Of a stretch of 64,000 nucleotides of DNA, positions 39,680 through 52,482 are shown in pieces; position 1 is the first letter of the stretch, and each line of letters opens with the position of its first letter. The translations under genes were made by a program, and so were the position numbers. Where the stretch lies: NCBI RefSeq assembly GCF_009914755.1, contig NC_060940.1; one strand, given 5' to 3'. The DNA comes from the human T2T-CHM13v2.0 reference genome, Homo sapiens. Under the pieces are notes generated by a model. The model made no database searches. It saw only the letters and a program-made list of their open reading frames with translations, and was not told the DNA's origin.

Positions 39680-40036
39680 TGCAATAATCCATTTTCACCT
39701 TGCTGATAAAGACATACTTGAGACTGGGAAGAAAAGGAGGTTTAATGGACTTACATTTCCACATGGCTGGGGAGGCCTCACAATCATGGTGGAAGGCAAG
39801 GAGGAGCAAGTTACATCTTACATAGATGGCAGCAGACAAAAAGAGAGCGTGTGCAGGGAAACTCCCAATTTTAAAATCATCAGATTCTGTGAGACTTATT
39901 CACTATCACAAGAATAACACAGGAAAGTCCTGCCCCCATGTTCAGTTATCTCCCACTGGGTCCCTCCCACAACACATGGGAATTATGGAAGCTACAAGAC
40001 AAGATTTGGGTGGGGACACACAGCCAAACCATATCA
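39680..40036 (-). mobile_element. THE1B-like solo LTR
   Basis: ...ggaaggcaaggaggagcaagttacatcttac...cagccaaaccatatca; exact TSD ATCAC at 39675-39679 and 40037-40041. Confidence 0.93.
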
Positions 40037-40199
40037 ATCACATACCTATTATAAAACAGGTTACTAAGCCTTTGTTACATATCTGTAATTAAGCAGGTTA
40101 CCTGATCCAAAATGTGTTCATACATTAAAATGATACCATAATGCAATATTGATATAACTGTTATAATTATAACTTATAACCCTGGTCTTTTGACAGAAT

Positions 40200-41625
40200 G
40201 TCAGACCTTTAAATTCAACTGTCTACTTGACATCTCCATTAGATGTTTAATAAACAATTCAAACTTATTTTGCCACATAAAACTCTTGATTTCATTTTAT
40301 TCACAAAACAAAACAACACAAAATAGAAAACAAAACTTTATCATCCCAAGTTTTTTCCCATATTAGCAAGTGCCATACTCATTTAGCTAATTTTTCCAAG
40401 CGAAGACCTAAGACCCATCATTGATTTCTCTTTTCATTACACTCAGCATCCAATCCATCCACAGGCCTGTCAACTCTACCTTCACATTCCATCTAGAATT
40501 TTTTCACTGTTTCATTTTTCTCCATCTCTAGAACTATCAGATTACTCCAAATCACCACCATTTTTTTTTGGCTTATACTACTACCTTGGACACATAATTG
40601 GGTTTCTTCTTCCAATCTTGACTACTTCTGATCAATCAATTGTCCAAAACATAGCTAACATGCCCTTTGAAAAAAACATAAGGCACCATCTTTAAGAGCT
40701 TTTGGTGTCTTCTCATCATTCTTAGAGTGAAATTCTATTAGTCTGTTCTCACGCTGCTAATAAGAGTAGGAAATTTATAGAGGAAAGAGGTTTAATTGAC
40801 TCACAGTTTCACATGGTTGGGGAGGCCTGACAATCATGATGGAAGATGAAGGAGGAGCAAAGGCATGTCTTACATAGTAGCAGGCAAAGAAAAGCTGTGT
40901 AGGGGAACTCTCCTTTATAAAAAAAATCATCAGATCTATTAAGACTTATTCATTATCACAAGAACAGCAGGGGAAAGACCCTCCCCCCATGATTCAATTA
41001 CCTTCTGCCAGGTCCCTCCCAGGGCACATGGAAATTATGGGAGCTACAATTCAATATGAGATTTGGGTAGGGACACAGCCAAACTGTGTCAGAAATCTAA
41101 ATCTTATTTCTCAACCTCAGGCTCCTGTCTTTCTCCAATATCATTTATTAATCCATATATTTTCCCTCTCCATGCTTCAGACTTACTGGCCCTTTTCCTG
41201 TTTCTCAGGCTTGCTGAAGTCATTCCTGCTACTCTGGGGCCTGGGTACCAGCTGTTCTCGCTCCCTAGAATGTTATCCCCACTGATCTTTACATGTCTGT
41301 CACTTTCTTGCCATTCAAGCATTAATGCAAATGTCATGTCCTCAGAGAGGCATTCTCTGTGCCCAACCTAAAGAGGGTGGCCAGTTGTTGTCTGTCAAAC
41401 AATCCCCTTTAGTTGATTGCATTGTACTTAGCATTATTGATCTTTTTTCTTACATATGTCTTAGATGTTCTCATATTTCTTTTTTCTCTGACTTCACTAG
41501 AATAAAGCTGCATGAGGAACAAGAGACTTTGCCTTCTTGTTCACTATTTTGTTCCTGCCCATAGCAGTGCATCTGACAGTCAGCACTTGCTCAACAGATA
41601 CTTCCTGCATTAATAAAATAATAAC
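40200..41625 (+). mobile_element. L2 fragment split by a THE1 LTR
   Basis: caactgtctacttgacatctccattagatg...aaatgtcatgtcctcagagagg...gctcaacagata. Confidence 0.7.
40734..41091 (-). mobile_element. THE1C-like solo LTR
   Basis: tctattagtctgttctcacgctgctaat...cagccaaactgtgtca; exact TSD GAAAT at 40729-40733 and 41092-41096. Confidence 0.93.
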
Positions 41626-42065
41626 CCAATGTTTGAATAGGAGTTTGTCATGAAGAATGTACTTTTTTTGTAGGCAGGCAGAAATTATTTGAGTATGCAG
41701 GCTTATTTGAGTAGGGCGTGACTTGAACTTGGACGTAATTTGAGTGGCTGTATAAGAAAGATAGAATAATGGATTCAGTACACTGGGCTCAGAAAGAATG
41801 CAGCAAATAAAAAGAAGCTGAAGAGAAATATTATAGATAAATGTGGAAACATTCAGTGACTGATTACTTTGAAAGGTTTCTGCTTTCTGGCCTAGAACTC
41901 ATGTAAGTACAGAAAGTTTAAGGTGGAGAGATTCCATTTGGCGGAAATACCAAAGATGATGCCCCTTAGAACTGACATGGTGCATTGAAAGAAAGATATC
42001 CTGTAGGGAATTTATTGACTTCACACTTTGGGAAGACCCAAACACAAGGTACTGATTTTGGCAAA

Positions 42066-42468
42066 TGTGGTAAATAGAATTATTGTTCAAAAATATTTAC
42101 CCATTTCCCGTGATTCTATATGAAGAATGGACTTCTCTGCCCCTTAATTTTGGACCAGTCATGTGACTTTTTAAGAAAAATATAGACAGGATGCAAGAGG
42201 TTTGAAATGTGATTGGAAAGTAGGGGTTTTCATCTTATGCTTCTGCTTTGAGAAGCTTAGCTGCTGTTCTGAGAATGATGAAGGATATATGAGAAATATT
42301 GGATCTAACCCACATCCTAAAGCCAAGCCCAGCTGAATTAAATCTAAGCCAACTGAACCCCAACCAATGTGAAGACATGTGAGCAAGAATAAATAATTGA
42401 TTTTTTCATTACACTGAGTTTTGGACTGGCTTTTTAAGCAGAGTTGTGGCAAGGTATGATTGATAAAG
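42066..42468 (+). mobile_element. MLT1J-like LTR
   Basis: tgtggtaaatagaattattg...agccaagcccagc...gtgagcaagaataaataattg. Confidence 0.7.
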
Positions 42469-42639
42469 ATTACCAAAAAAGATAAAGAGTGAAAACTGTT
42501 TTTGAAAACTGAACTTGCTGAATAAAAAAGCATAGAAAATTGGAAGCAAATAAGTAATGATAGAGGACTGAAATATTTCATTTGAAAATATTTAGTAATT
42601 TTCTTCATTCATCTCGATGTAAGTTCTCCCTTCTAATAT

Positions 42640-43120
42640 TATTTTAATTCATTCACTGATTCACTTTTTTATTTATTCATGTATTCAAAAATATATATTG
42701 ACTGATATAGGCATTTATATGCCAGGATTATAGTAGAAGTCAAGCTATAGTGTACATTATAGTCTCAATATCCAGAATGTCTAATAAACTTTTCTGCAAA
42801 CTCTTCTAGGATGTATAACTATATCTTCAGACTGTCTACCATGCATCAGATCTGTATTTCAAAATGTCAGCATTACCTCCTGGATGTCCCAAAGGTGTCT
42901 TAAACTCAACATATCCAAATGCTAGTTTATTAGCTTTCTTATCTTTCAACCAGCAATCTACTCCATTTCATGTTTTTCCCATCTGTAAATCTGTCACCAA
43001 CTTACTCAAGCCAGGAAATCTGGAATTTTGATTTCCTCCTTCTTCTTCTACTGCATTCCCAATCAGCATTCCCACACCATCAAGTCTGTTTGCTAAATGT
43101 CTCTTCCCTCTGGGCGATAC
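42640..43120. mobile_element. L2 fragments (both orientations)
   Basis: (ATTC)n tail at ~42645; ggatgtcccaaaggtgtcttaaactcaacatatccaaa. Confidence 0.55.
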
Positions 43121-43261
43121 TCCCTTCTCAATCCCATATCATCATTACACTTGCAAAGGTCTCTCACTGCATTATAACTAAATATCTCTTCTCTCTGGAC
43201 AATAATCTCTTCTCAATCCCATATCATCATTACACTGCAAAGGTCTCTCATTGAATTAAAA
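43093..43261. repeat. ~85-bp tandem duplication (2 copies)
   Basis: 43093-43177 vs 43178-43261 share tctcaatcccatatcatcattacact(t)gcaaaggtctctca. Confidence 0.9.
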
Positions 43262-45875
43262 CAGACATTTTTTGTGTATGAAAAATAAATTATAGAAAAA
43301 TTATATGAGGCTTATACAATTGCCAGTACAAGTATATCATTAGCTTTTCTCCAGCTAGAAAATTCATGTTCATCTGCTAAATGCCAGCAGAAATGCCATC
43401 TCTATGTTGAGGATGAGTATTGCAAGGCATTTGAGGTGGAAAGGATTGAGGTCTAAGGAAAAGTAGATATTTCTCCCAGCAGTTTGTTTTATGAGCCAAA
43501 AGAGGAGAAAGGATGGGGCTAAAACAGAATACTTGTATATAAAATCATTTCTCATTTCAAAACTTTAAAGGATAACCCAGAAATTGGAGCACTAAATTTA
43601 TTTTTTCTTAATTCCTACCAAATATTTTAAAACAAGTTGCCTGACAGACTAGTTTATTTGCAAAAGAAAACACCAGACCTCAGAACCTCAATTTTCCTTA
43701 TTAAAATAAATGAATTTTGGCTTTGTTTGTACTTAATCTTGGCTGGAAATTTATATTACCCAATCAGGAGTTAACAAGCCCCGCAGGGAAAATCAAGTGT
43801 CGCATAAAAATTCCACAGGAAATCCACCAATAACTCAGGGCAGACTAGGCTGTATATATGGAGATTTCTAGCCCTTCTAAAGTCTATTAAAAACCTTTAA
43901 ATTCTGCTTTAGACAAAACATAAAGGAGGGTTGGGAGCTCTGTCATTCCTGAGAGGCCCTTCAATTTCCACATGCTAATATTTAATCATTAAAACTGTCT
44001 ATATATTCAAAATTTAGTCATTTAGGCCTGGTGTATATAACACATTAATTTTATATAAACTCTAATTCTGACATGGGGTAGTTTACATAGAGGGAAATAA
44101 AATTCTCTGGAGCTGAGCACAGAACATCCCTCTTCTACTCATCCTTTATTAAAAGAGAGTTGTAAAGATGGTTTAAAATGGCATTTGGAAAGCAGCCCTG
44201 GATGACATCTCTTCTACCTTTCTGCCAAAATACCTGTGAAGATAGCAACAGAGGTAGGAAATCATATCTTTGAAAGCTAGACGTGACTATTTTGCAAGCA
44301 GAATTTGAGAGGAATTTTGACTAACCTCAAGTCCAACGGAAAAAAAAAAAATGGAAAAAAACCACTAGAACTATAGATTATGCGCATTTCCCAAAAAGTA
44401 AGTAAGAGGATTCCCGATTGCTCCCATCATTCTTTGGTCTTCATTTCATGAGTTCATATTTTATAATATGACAAATGTCAGACAAGCTGTTATCCATCTT
44501 ACCCGCAGCATTCCATGCCAATTTGTCATTTGATTGTGTGTGCATGTGTATCTGTGTGTCTGTGTAAGTATGTGTGGCTTTCTAAATGCTGTTTAATTCC
44601 CACCCCTTGTAAAAATTTCCATTCAACATCAAAGACAGTATAGAACTCAAAGAAGGCAACTAGACAGAAGTAAAAGGAAATGTTGGGCAATTTCATTCCT
44701 GGAGATAGAAACAAGACATTAGAAGTAAAAGCTGTGTCCAAGTCTTTTTTTTCTTTTTTTTCCCAAGGAGAAAAAGTCCTTTTATGAGTTGATCCAGCTA
44801 TCAATTTTCACCTTCTCCGCCCATTTGGAGCATTAGAAAACCAGGTTCTGGGGACAGCAAACAACCACTTCTTGTACAGTAAAGTTGAGCTCTGTAGCAG
44901 GAGACGTCACATGGACTTTGAAAATGAGGTTCACCAGCAAGCACTCAAGTGAACAGGGAGGTGAAAATAAATCCACATCCTCTGTCTATTGTCAAATGTC
45001 AAAAATAAAAGCAATAGAATCAAATATGAGCCTGAGGCATCTGTACATCAATGCAGGAATTAAGAAAATAAAATATTATCTTGAAGAGCCAATGAGAGGA
45101 AGAACAGGCCTTCCCTATTCATAAAACAAGTTACTGAAGAAGGGAGACTAGATATATTACATGTATAATTGACACTCAGTCCAGCAGTGGCTTTATGGCA
45201 GGAATAGACTTTGCCTTACTTATGTGGTTTTAAAATATGAAACTTCTCATCCCCTCTGGCCCTTTTTAGAAAAGAATTAGAAAGTTTTAAATTATTCTGA
45301 GTTTGGTGGTAGTGAATGGAAAAGGGAGCCATGTTAAGTCTTAATTCTAAGGAAAGTTTTCTGGACTGAGAATAAGGAGGTCAGAACAAACGTGATGTCT
45401 CTTCTCTTCCTAAGATTCTTAAATTACTGATAGTTGCATGATTCCCATGTTTTAACATTCTTTCAATTGAAAATAATATTAATGCTTTAATTTTTTATTT
45501 TCAAGGTTTTTAAATTGGAAACTATGCAGATGGGATGGAATGGCTGTTATATGAGTAGGCCTCTCATTTGGGGCTAGTCCCTTACTTCTCTGTCTCCATT
45601 TCCACAATGTTGGAGGCAATGATAGAACTTGGTGGGTGGTTTTCATCTGTGGCATGTGGCATTGAGGGGCTTCTAGAGTGAGGTTTCAGAGACAGGGAAT
45701 TAGACAGGTCCCAAATCCCCATCCTTGCTTACCAGGGCAGTTCAGCATTCATCTGTTTTACACAGTGGCCTTCTGGATGAGAATGGGTCCTACGTTTGTT
45801 TTATTTCCTGTTATTTTTTACCAAAAAGGAAAATCACTGGACCAAATGCCCATGCCATTGAGTACTTTCAATTGT

Positions 45876-46285
45876 TTAGATAGATAGATGATTGATTGAT
45901 TGATAGATTGACAGTTATCTATCGATATAGATAGATAGATAACTATAGATAGTACCTATGGATATAGGTAGGTAACTATCTATAGATAGCTATTTATAGA
46001 TAGATAGATAGTTATCTGTCTATATCTCTCTATAGCTATAGGTAGATAACTATACTTTCAATGGTAATGTAGATATCTATCTATACATAACATCTATCTA
46101 CAGATGTATATAGATATCTATGTTGATCTATCTACAGATAGAGAGAAATAGATCTACAGATAGATGTATATAGAGATAGATAGAGCTCTATATAGAGATA
46201 TATAAATAGAGACAAAGATATACAGTAGAGATAGAGATATATAGACCTATATAGAGTTATCTATCTATATCTATCTATATACTAT
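45876..46285. repeat. Complex (GATA/TATC/TA)n low-complexity tract
   Basis: Directly visible; blocks in both orientations. Confidence 0.9.
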
Positions 46286-47449
46286 AGTTTGCTTCCTTTC
46301 AGTGTACTCTTTATAGTCACAGTAAGATCAGACTAGTTTGCTCAAACGTATCTAATTAGCCTAGCAGTGTTAAAGATGTAATCTAGACTAAATTCCTGAT
46401 TTCACACTTTTGGTCTCAATACAATAAATTCTCATTCCATTTTCCTAGTTTTGAAATTTAAAATATTCTGAAATCCGGTTCTTGACAATGAAGGATACTG
46501 GCAAGAAGAGTTTTTTGGTTCATTTGCTTCTAACACTATTCATGTAGGAAACTTTCCCTACCTTAGATTTGACAGAATAAAGTGTGGGAAAATGTGCTTC
46601 TATTTATCTGACTCAAAAATATTGAAATAAAATTAATAATGGGAAAAATCAACTATTGAACAATTACAGAATAGAGTATCCTTTATTCAAATCAATGGAA
46701 TTCAAGGACTTCAGGCTTTTCTATTTTTATCATAAATTTCACTTTAATGTCTAGATATAGCTGATTAGGAAATGTGGAGTGTAGTTTAAAAGAAATACAG
46801 CAGCAGCGAGGGCCTATTGAAAGATCTCCTTGAGATATGTTAGCTAAAGCTCTATCTAGATCACTCATAAATTTTTGGAGGGAAATTGATTTTGTTTTCT
46901 ATTTACTGCTGCAGTAAATAATTTTATGGGTTGGAAACAATTCCTATGCAAAGTCTTCAGTATATATTTAAAAAGAATAGAATTTTTCTCTTGCAGAGGT
47001 GTGATATTACTCATACAACTGTAATACTCTGTCTTCAATTAAAATAAAAGCCCCGTCCAAACCATTTTGGATGCTACATATATTATAATGTAATTTTATT
47101 CTGGAAGGTGTAATATAACTAAAATGGAAAGCAAAATAAGAGAATAGACAATACAGTGAAATAAGATTGCATCCGTCTATCCATCAACCCAACATACATC
47201 GTTTTCACATCTTCTTCTTGTCCCGCCCTGTGCTGACTGCTTAAGACACAAACATTAATCCTATATATGATTCCTCAAAGAGCTCATAAGATCATAAGTG
47301 AGGGGGCAAAAATACTGTACCCCTAGTATAATACGTGAAAAATACGTGATGAATAGAAACATATGTAGACATATGTTGAAATGTAGGTGACTAGAGTCTG
47401 AGCTGTAAGCAGAAAGCTTGAAATTGGAAACAACATTGTATTGATTGTA

Positions 47450-47680
47450 AGGAAGTGCTCCTTGGTTTGAGACGTACCTAGATTTTAAAATCCCATTTTA
47501 GCCACTTCCAGCTGTGGGACACTAGTCAAATTCCTCTCATCTCACAACTTTAGATCTCCCAGGTATGAAAATGGGGAGAAAATAAGTTTCACCCAAAGAT
47601 TTTATGGGCATAAAAAGATATAAAAATAATTGCTGATATTGCTGGGCATACAGGAAATTTCTGAGAGACATTATTCATTT
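47450..47680 (+). mobile_element. MIR
   Basis: gccacttccagctgtgggacactagtcaaatt...gaaaatggggagaaaataa. Confidence 0.6.
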
Positions 47681-47904
47681 TCCCTCCCTCATATTTATAA
47701 ACTTACCAGTTGAAGAGGCAGCATCAATGGGTGTAAATGCATCAAGTTGTGAATTGAAAGCATGTGGCAGGATCCAGGGCTGGCTGGATTCTCTGTAGTG
47801 AATGAGCATGTTTCCTAGGAGTCAAGCCAATGTAGCGGGTAGGGTGTAGGTCAGAGAAGTTAGGGTTGAATTTTCAAGCACCTTGTGTACCATGATGAGT
47901 TTTT

Positions 47905-47975
47905 TTAAAATTTTATTATTATTATACTTTAAGTTTTAGGGTACATGTGCACAATGTGCAGGTTTGTTACATATA
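47905..47975 (-). mobile_element. Very short, severely 5'-truncated young L1PA 3' end (L1PA4-like)
   Basis: ttattattattatactttaagttttagggtacatgtgcacaatgtgcaggtttgttacatat. Confidence 0.85.
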
Positions 47976-48177
47976 TATTACTTTTGTTCATCTACTTTAA
48001 ATATAGAGATGGAATGATATTATGAAAATAATTCAAAATTGTTTCATGTGCTAAACTTTTCTAAATGCCAATATTAAAACTCAGTACTGTTCTTTGTATA
48101 AGAACATATATCAAACTTAATTCTAACTATATTAAATTACTAAATACACAATTCAAGCATTTATTTATTATCTATAT

Positions 48178-48483
48178 TTGTTTTTTGAGAAAGGATCTCA
48201 CTCTGTCACCCAGGCTGGAGAGGAATGGTGCAAGCTTGGCTCACTGCAGCCTCAATCTCCTGGGCTCAAATGATTCTCCTATCTCAGGCCCCAAGTAACT
48301 GGGATTACAGGCACACACCACCAAGCCCGGCTAATTGTGTGTGTGTGTGTGTGTGTGCATTTTTCATAGTGATGGAGCTTTACGATGTTGTCCAGGCTGG
48401 TCTCAAGCTCCTGAGCTCAAGCAATCCACCTGCCTCGCCTCCTAAAATGCCAGGATTACAGGTGTGAGCCACCACGCCCAGTC
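48178..48483 (-). mobile_element. AluJ with (TG)n in the middle linker
   Basis: J diagnostics; (TG)n at ~48336-48357. Confidence 0.9.
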
Positions 48484-49129
48484 CAAACATATTTTTTTAA
48501 ACTAAAAAGCAAATATACGTAATGAATACATCATGGAGGGGCTAGACTTTTCTATTCATGCAATAAAATAACATAGGAAAAATTGAGAGTTTTGACTCCA
48601 GAGTATTAGAAATTTTTCATACACTGAAAAATAAAAATCAATTCAAAGATCAACTGAATTGATAGACTACAGCTCTACGTGTGTTAACACAGTTTGAGAG
48701 AGCTGTTTTCTTACCTTTTCTACACCATGCACACATTCAGCCGCCATGGCCCTTCTTTAAATGCATAGTAAATGTAAAAAGCAAGATCATTAATGTCATC
48801 CTACTAATCTGAGATCATGGGGGAGAGCATAGGAACAAATATTAGTTTTTTAGACTGAATAATGCAAATGTTTACATGAAAAAAGCACAGAAATATATTT
48901 CTCAAATGCAGTTGTCTAATAACACTCGGCAGGGCATTTCTCTATTAATATTTGGCAGTGCAGACTGAGATGGTATATGTTTATCAAATTATATTGCCAC
49001 AACTTCAGGGTCCTAATTAAAAGCAAGTTTTCTATTTACTTTAGTTCTTGGCTAATTTTGAAGCTTATCCTTGGCATTTATCTTAAAAATACAAAATTAG
49101 CTGTATTGGAATTAATGACCTAGAATCCA

Positions 49130-49375
49130 CTACTATTTATTGAGTGCCAACAGAACTGAGAACTGTGCAGGCTGTTTTGATGTGTGTTTTATTGTTGAAT
49201 CTTTAGAGAAGGCTGTAACACAGGTGCTTTCATTGGAATGAAGATGAAGAAACTGAAAGTTAGAGAGATGGAGTTAAATAAGTTGCTTAAAGTAATCTAG
49301 CTAGGAGGAATTCTTTTCCAGGTTCTTACCCAATTCCTAAATTCTAATGTCCACTTACATCCCACATGACTGCTT
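49130..49375 (-). mobile_element. MIR
   Basis: gatgaagaaactgaaagttagagag...aagttgcttaaagt. Confidence 0.6.
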
Positions 49376-49584
49376 TAGGAAGATTTAATTTATGGCAAAG
49401 ATCATACAACAACATTGGAAATAGACTAAAACCAGCGATCCTTCCTTTCAAAAGTAGCAATGACCTTGACTGAGGGGTCTTGTTATTAGACAATGCCTTC
49501 AGTCTCTGTCTCAGACAGGTAATTCTACCTCTGTAAAAATGTGTATCTCACTTATATCATTTAATCTAATTAGTAATACTGAGG

Positions 49585-49768
49585 ATTGAGTGTCTCAACT
49601 TTTGTTATAAATTAGCATAATCTGGAGGGTTTAAAAAATGCTAGAATCCAGGACTGTCTCATAAATCCAGACATAAATGCTTGGGGCTGGGGCTGAAACA
49701 TTGGCATTTTCTTTATCAAGGCTCCTCAGGTGTTTATGATGTGCAATCAAAATTAAGAACTACTGTTC
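49585..49768. mobile_element. MER5A-like MITE
   Basis: ...ggcattttc...ctcctcaggtgtttatgatgtgcaatcaaaattaagaactactg. Confidence 0.65.
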
Positions 49769-52005
49769 TAGGTCCTTGGATATTTCAACAGCAGAAATTG
49801 GGGTTTGTGAGCTATTTTTCATGTTTAGAAAAATCTACTCGTATTTATACTACCCTGTTTAAATAAAATAACAAGCTTTTTTCTCCTTTTTTTTGGTTGA
49901 AATTACATAAAGTCACTGTGGTTAGCTTGTGCTGGTAAGGAACTCTGGTTGAAACATGTGTCCAGATTAATAATCATAAGAAAAAAAAGGAGCTGTTAAT
50001 AGATGCAGTTTGTCTGATAAGCAAACTCATATCAAGGGGGTTTATAGAATAATAATATAACAGTACTTTGATCATGAAAACTTTGAAACCACCTCACAGA
50101 AGATTATGATATATATCTTAATCATTAGATTCAAGTAAGCCAGATATTTTTCTGGGCTATGCAATTTTCAGAAAATATTAAACCTAAGTAAAACAAATTC
50201 ATGAAGAGAGTCTGCCAGTTTGTAATCATAGAGTTGACTGAAGAATTCAGAGAAACTTCAAAGTTGGTTTCCAAAACCCTCCGCATTGCCCTCTGCTCTC
50301 TCTCCTACATATGGCTAAGTATTAATTTTAAAAAAATATATTTCTATATTTGAAAATTATGCAATAAAGAAAGACAAATATTTCTTATTCTAGGACTTGT
50401 CAGAGATTTTAATGATAAAATATATTAGACTTCTTAAGAAGAATGCAAGTTTTCTGAAATAAATTATTCTATCAGATTTTTTTCTACTGCATTGTAGAGC
50501 TCCACTAAAGCAGCGAACATATCAACAAAATGTACTCAGTATCTGTTACATGTTAAGCCCAGGTTTGATATATCTCATTCTTTGAATCCAGCTTTAATGC
50601 AGCTTAAATTTTAGATTTTGCAACCAAAAGGACTGTTCGATAATTGCATAATGACAGGTTCTGTTATACCACATGATATTAAAACTGTTCAAAGTTGTGA
50701 AACAGCTTGATTCAGAACCCTAAAGCACTCACTCTTAGAAGAATAAGATAAACACAACTTTTAAGATTAGTAGACATGTGATTCACAAAAAGAGAACATC
50801 CGTGTTTCCTGGTGGAAATATGAGAGACAAAAATCACTGTGACATGGTACAATTTCCTGAATGTCCTTAATTCATAGTTCTTAAAAGTTTTTACCTTCTT
50901 TACACCATTTTTAAAGCATGACTCAAGATCACTATCATCTGAGGCGTATATTACCTTCTCTTCCTCTTTTTTCTCTTTGTGCTATTTTGTAGACACAGTG
51001 TCAGGAATGAAGAATGAAGATGAAGAGAACAGCACGTTTTAAAACTAACAGATGAAAGAAATGGCCAACAGGAGATATAATAACCGTGCTGTAAATCCAT
51101 GTAGTAGAATCCTTTGACACTGCTGGCACCAGAGAGACCAACCAATTGCTTGAATAGTTATGAATAAAAATCAAATTAAGTTGCTTAGGCACAAATATTT
51201 ACAGCGTGTCAAAGATTTACCCTTAAATCTTTCCTTGACCACTGTTTGGTAAGCTAATTTAAATCATGAGAATAACAGAAAAATAATGAAAAAACTGTTC
51301 TTTGATCATGAAAAACTTGGAAATTACTTCACGCAAAGTTATAATTTATATCATAATCAAACCCTTGAACCATTCTGCATGAAAGGTAACATTATTATTT
51401 CCATTCTATGGATGTGAGCTCAGATAGATGAAATTACTCCCATGCCAATAGGATTAGAAATGAAAGTTAGGGATCCTCACTCCACGTATTTGGCATTTCC
51501 CTCCACATCCCATTATGCTTGGTGGGCTTTCTCTTTGCTTTCCTTATCTCCCTGAGGTCTCTGAGGTCATTTCATACGTATCATTTATCTGGCTCTCTCT
51601 TATGTTGTTGCATTTCCCAAAATGTATTGCATAGAGTGTTCCCTGAAAAAGAAACTCATGATCAAGTCCACTAGGGAATGCTGCCTAATACATTCATTAT
51701 TTTCATACCAATGATGCATGCATATTAGCATAGTACAAGCACTGAGAAGTCCTAGAGTAAAGAAAGTTCTTTGAATAAGTTCAATTAAGCATTTTCCAAC
51801 TGTATATGCTGCACAGACACTTTTGTACTGTCTTCTATGATCATTGTTCAAATTTCACAGAACTAAGTTCTAATTTGGTATTCTACCTAGACATCATCTT
51901 TCACTCATTCCCTGAATAGGACATAGGCTATTTTCCATGATTTTAATTTGGTATTTTTCGAACACTTCCACTAATCAGGTTGGGTAGATTATCTCCAAGG
52001 GCAGC

Positions 52006-52482
52006 TGTGGGTAACACAGAAGGATATAAGTATTTACAGCTACTCCTCTCAAGAGGCTGAGTCTATTGACCTTGGCCTTATGTAACTAATAGAATGCAGT
52101 AGAAATAGCACTGTTTCAGATCTGGAACTAGCCCTCAAGAGATCACATCAGTGTCAACTTTTGCTTTCATGTAAAACACGTTGGATACGGGATACAAAAT
52201 TAGGATACGCTGTGTAGAGACAGCAAGAGACCACATGGGAAATAACTGAGGCTTTCCAGCCTACAGCTAGAACCAAGTACCCAGATCTGTGAGTAAAGCC
52301 TTCTTGAATGTTCCAGCCCTACAAATTCCCCCCGAATGAACCACATGAGAAACTTTAGCCAATGCCATGTGGAGAAGACCCAACCAGCCAAGCTTCAGTA
52401 TCATGAGCAATAATAAATCACTGTTATTTTAAGCCACTGTATGCTGGAGTATTTTATTGTGTAGCAACAAATAAACAAAAAA
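52006..52482 (+). mobile_element. MLT1 (G/H-like) LTR
   Basis: aatagaatgcagtagaaat...cagatctgtgagtaaagccttcttgaatgttccagccc...aataaatcactgttattttaagccact. Confidence 0.75.

Noticed and set aside
39680-41091. Two THE1 LTRs as one provirus
   Set aside because: Separate TSDs, different subfamily features, and an L2 spacer
43760-43945. Possible ancient Charlie-type MITE (also weak hints at ~38520-38660 and ~45640-45840)
   Set aside because: Resemblance too weak to name without a database search
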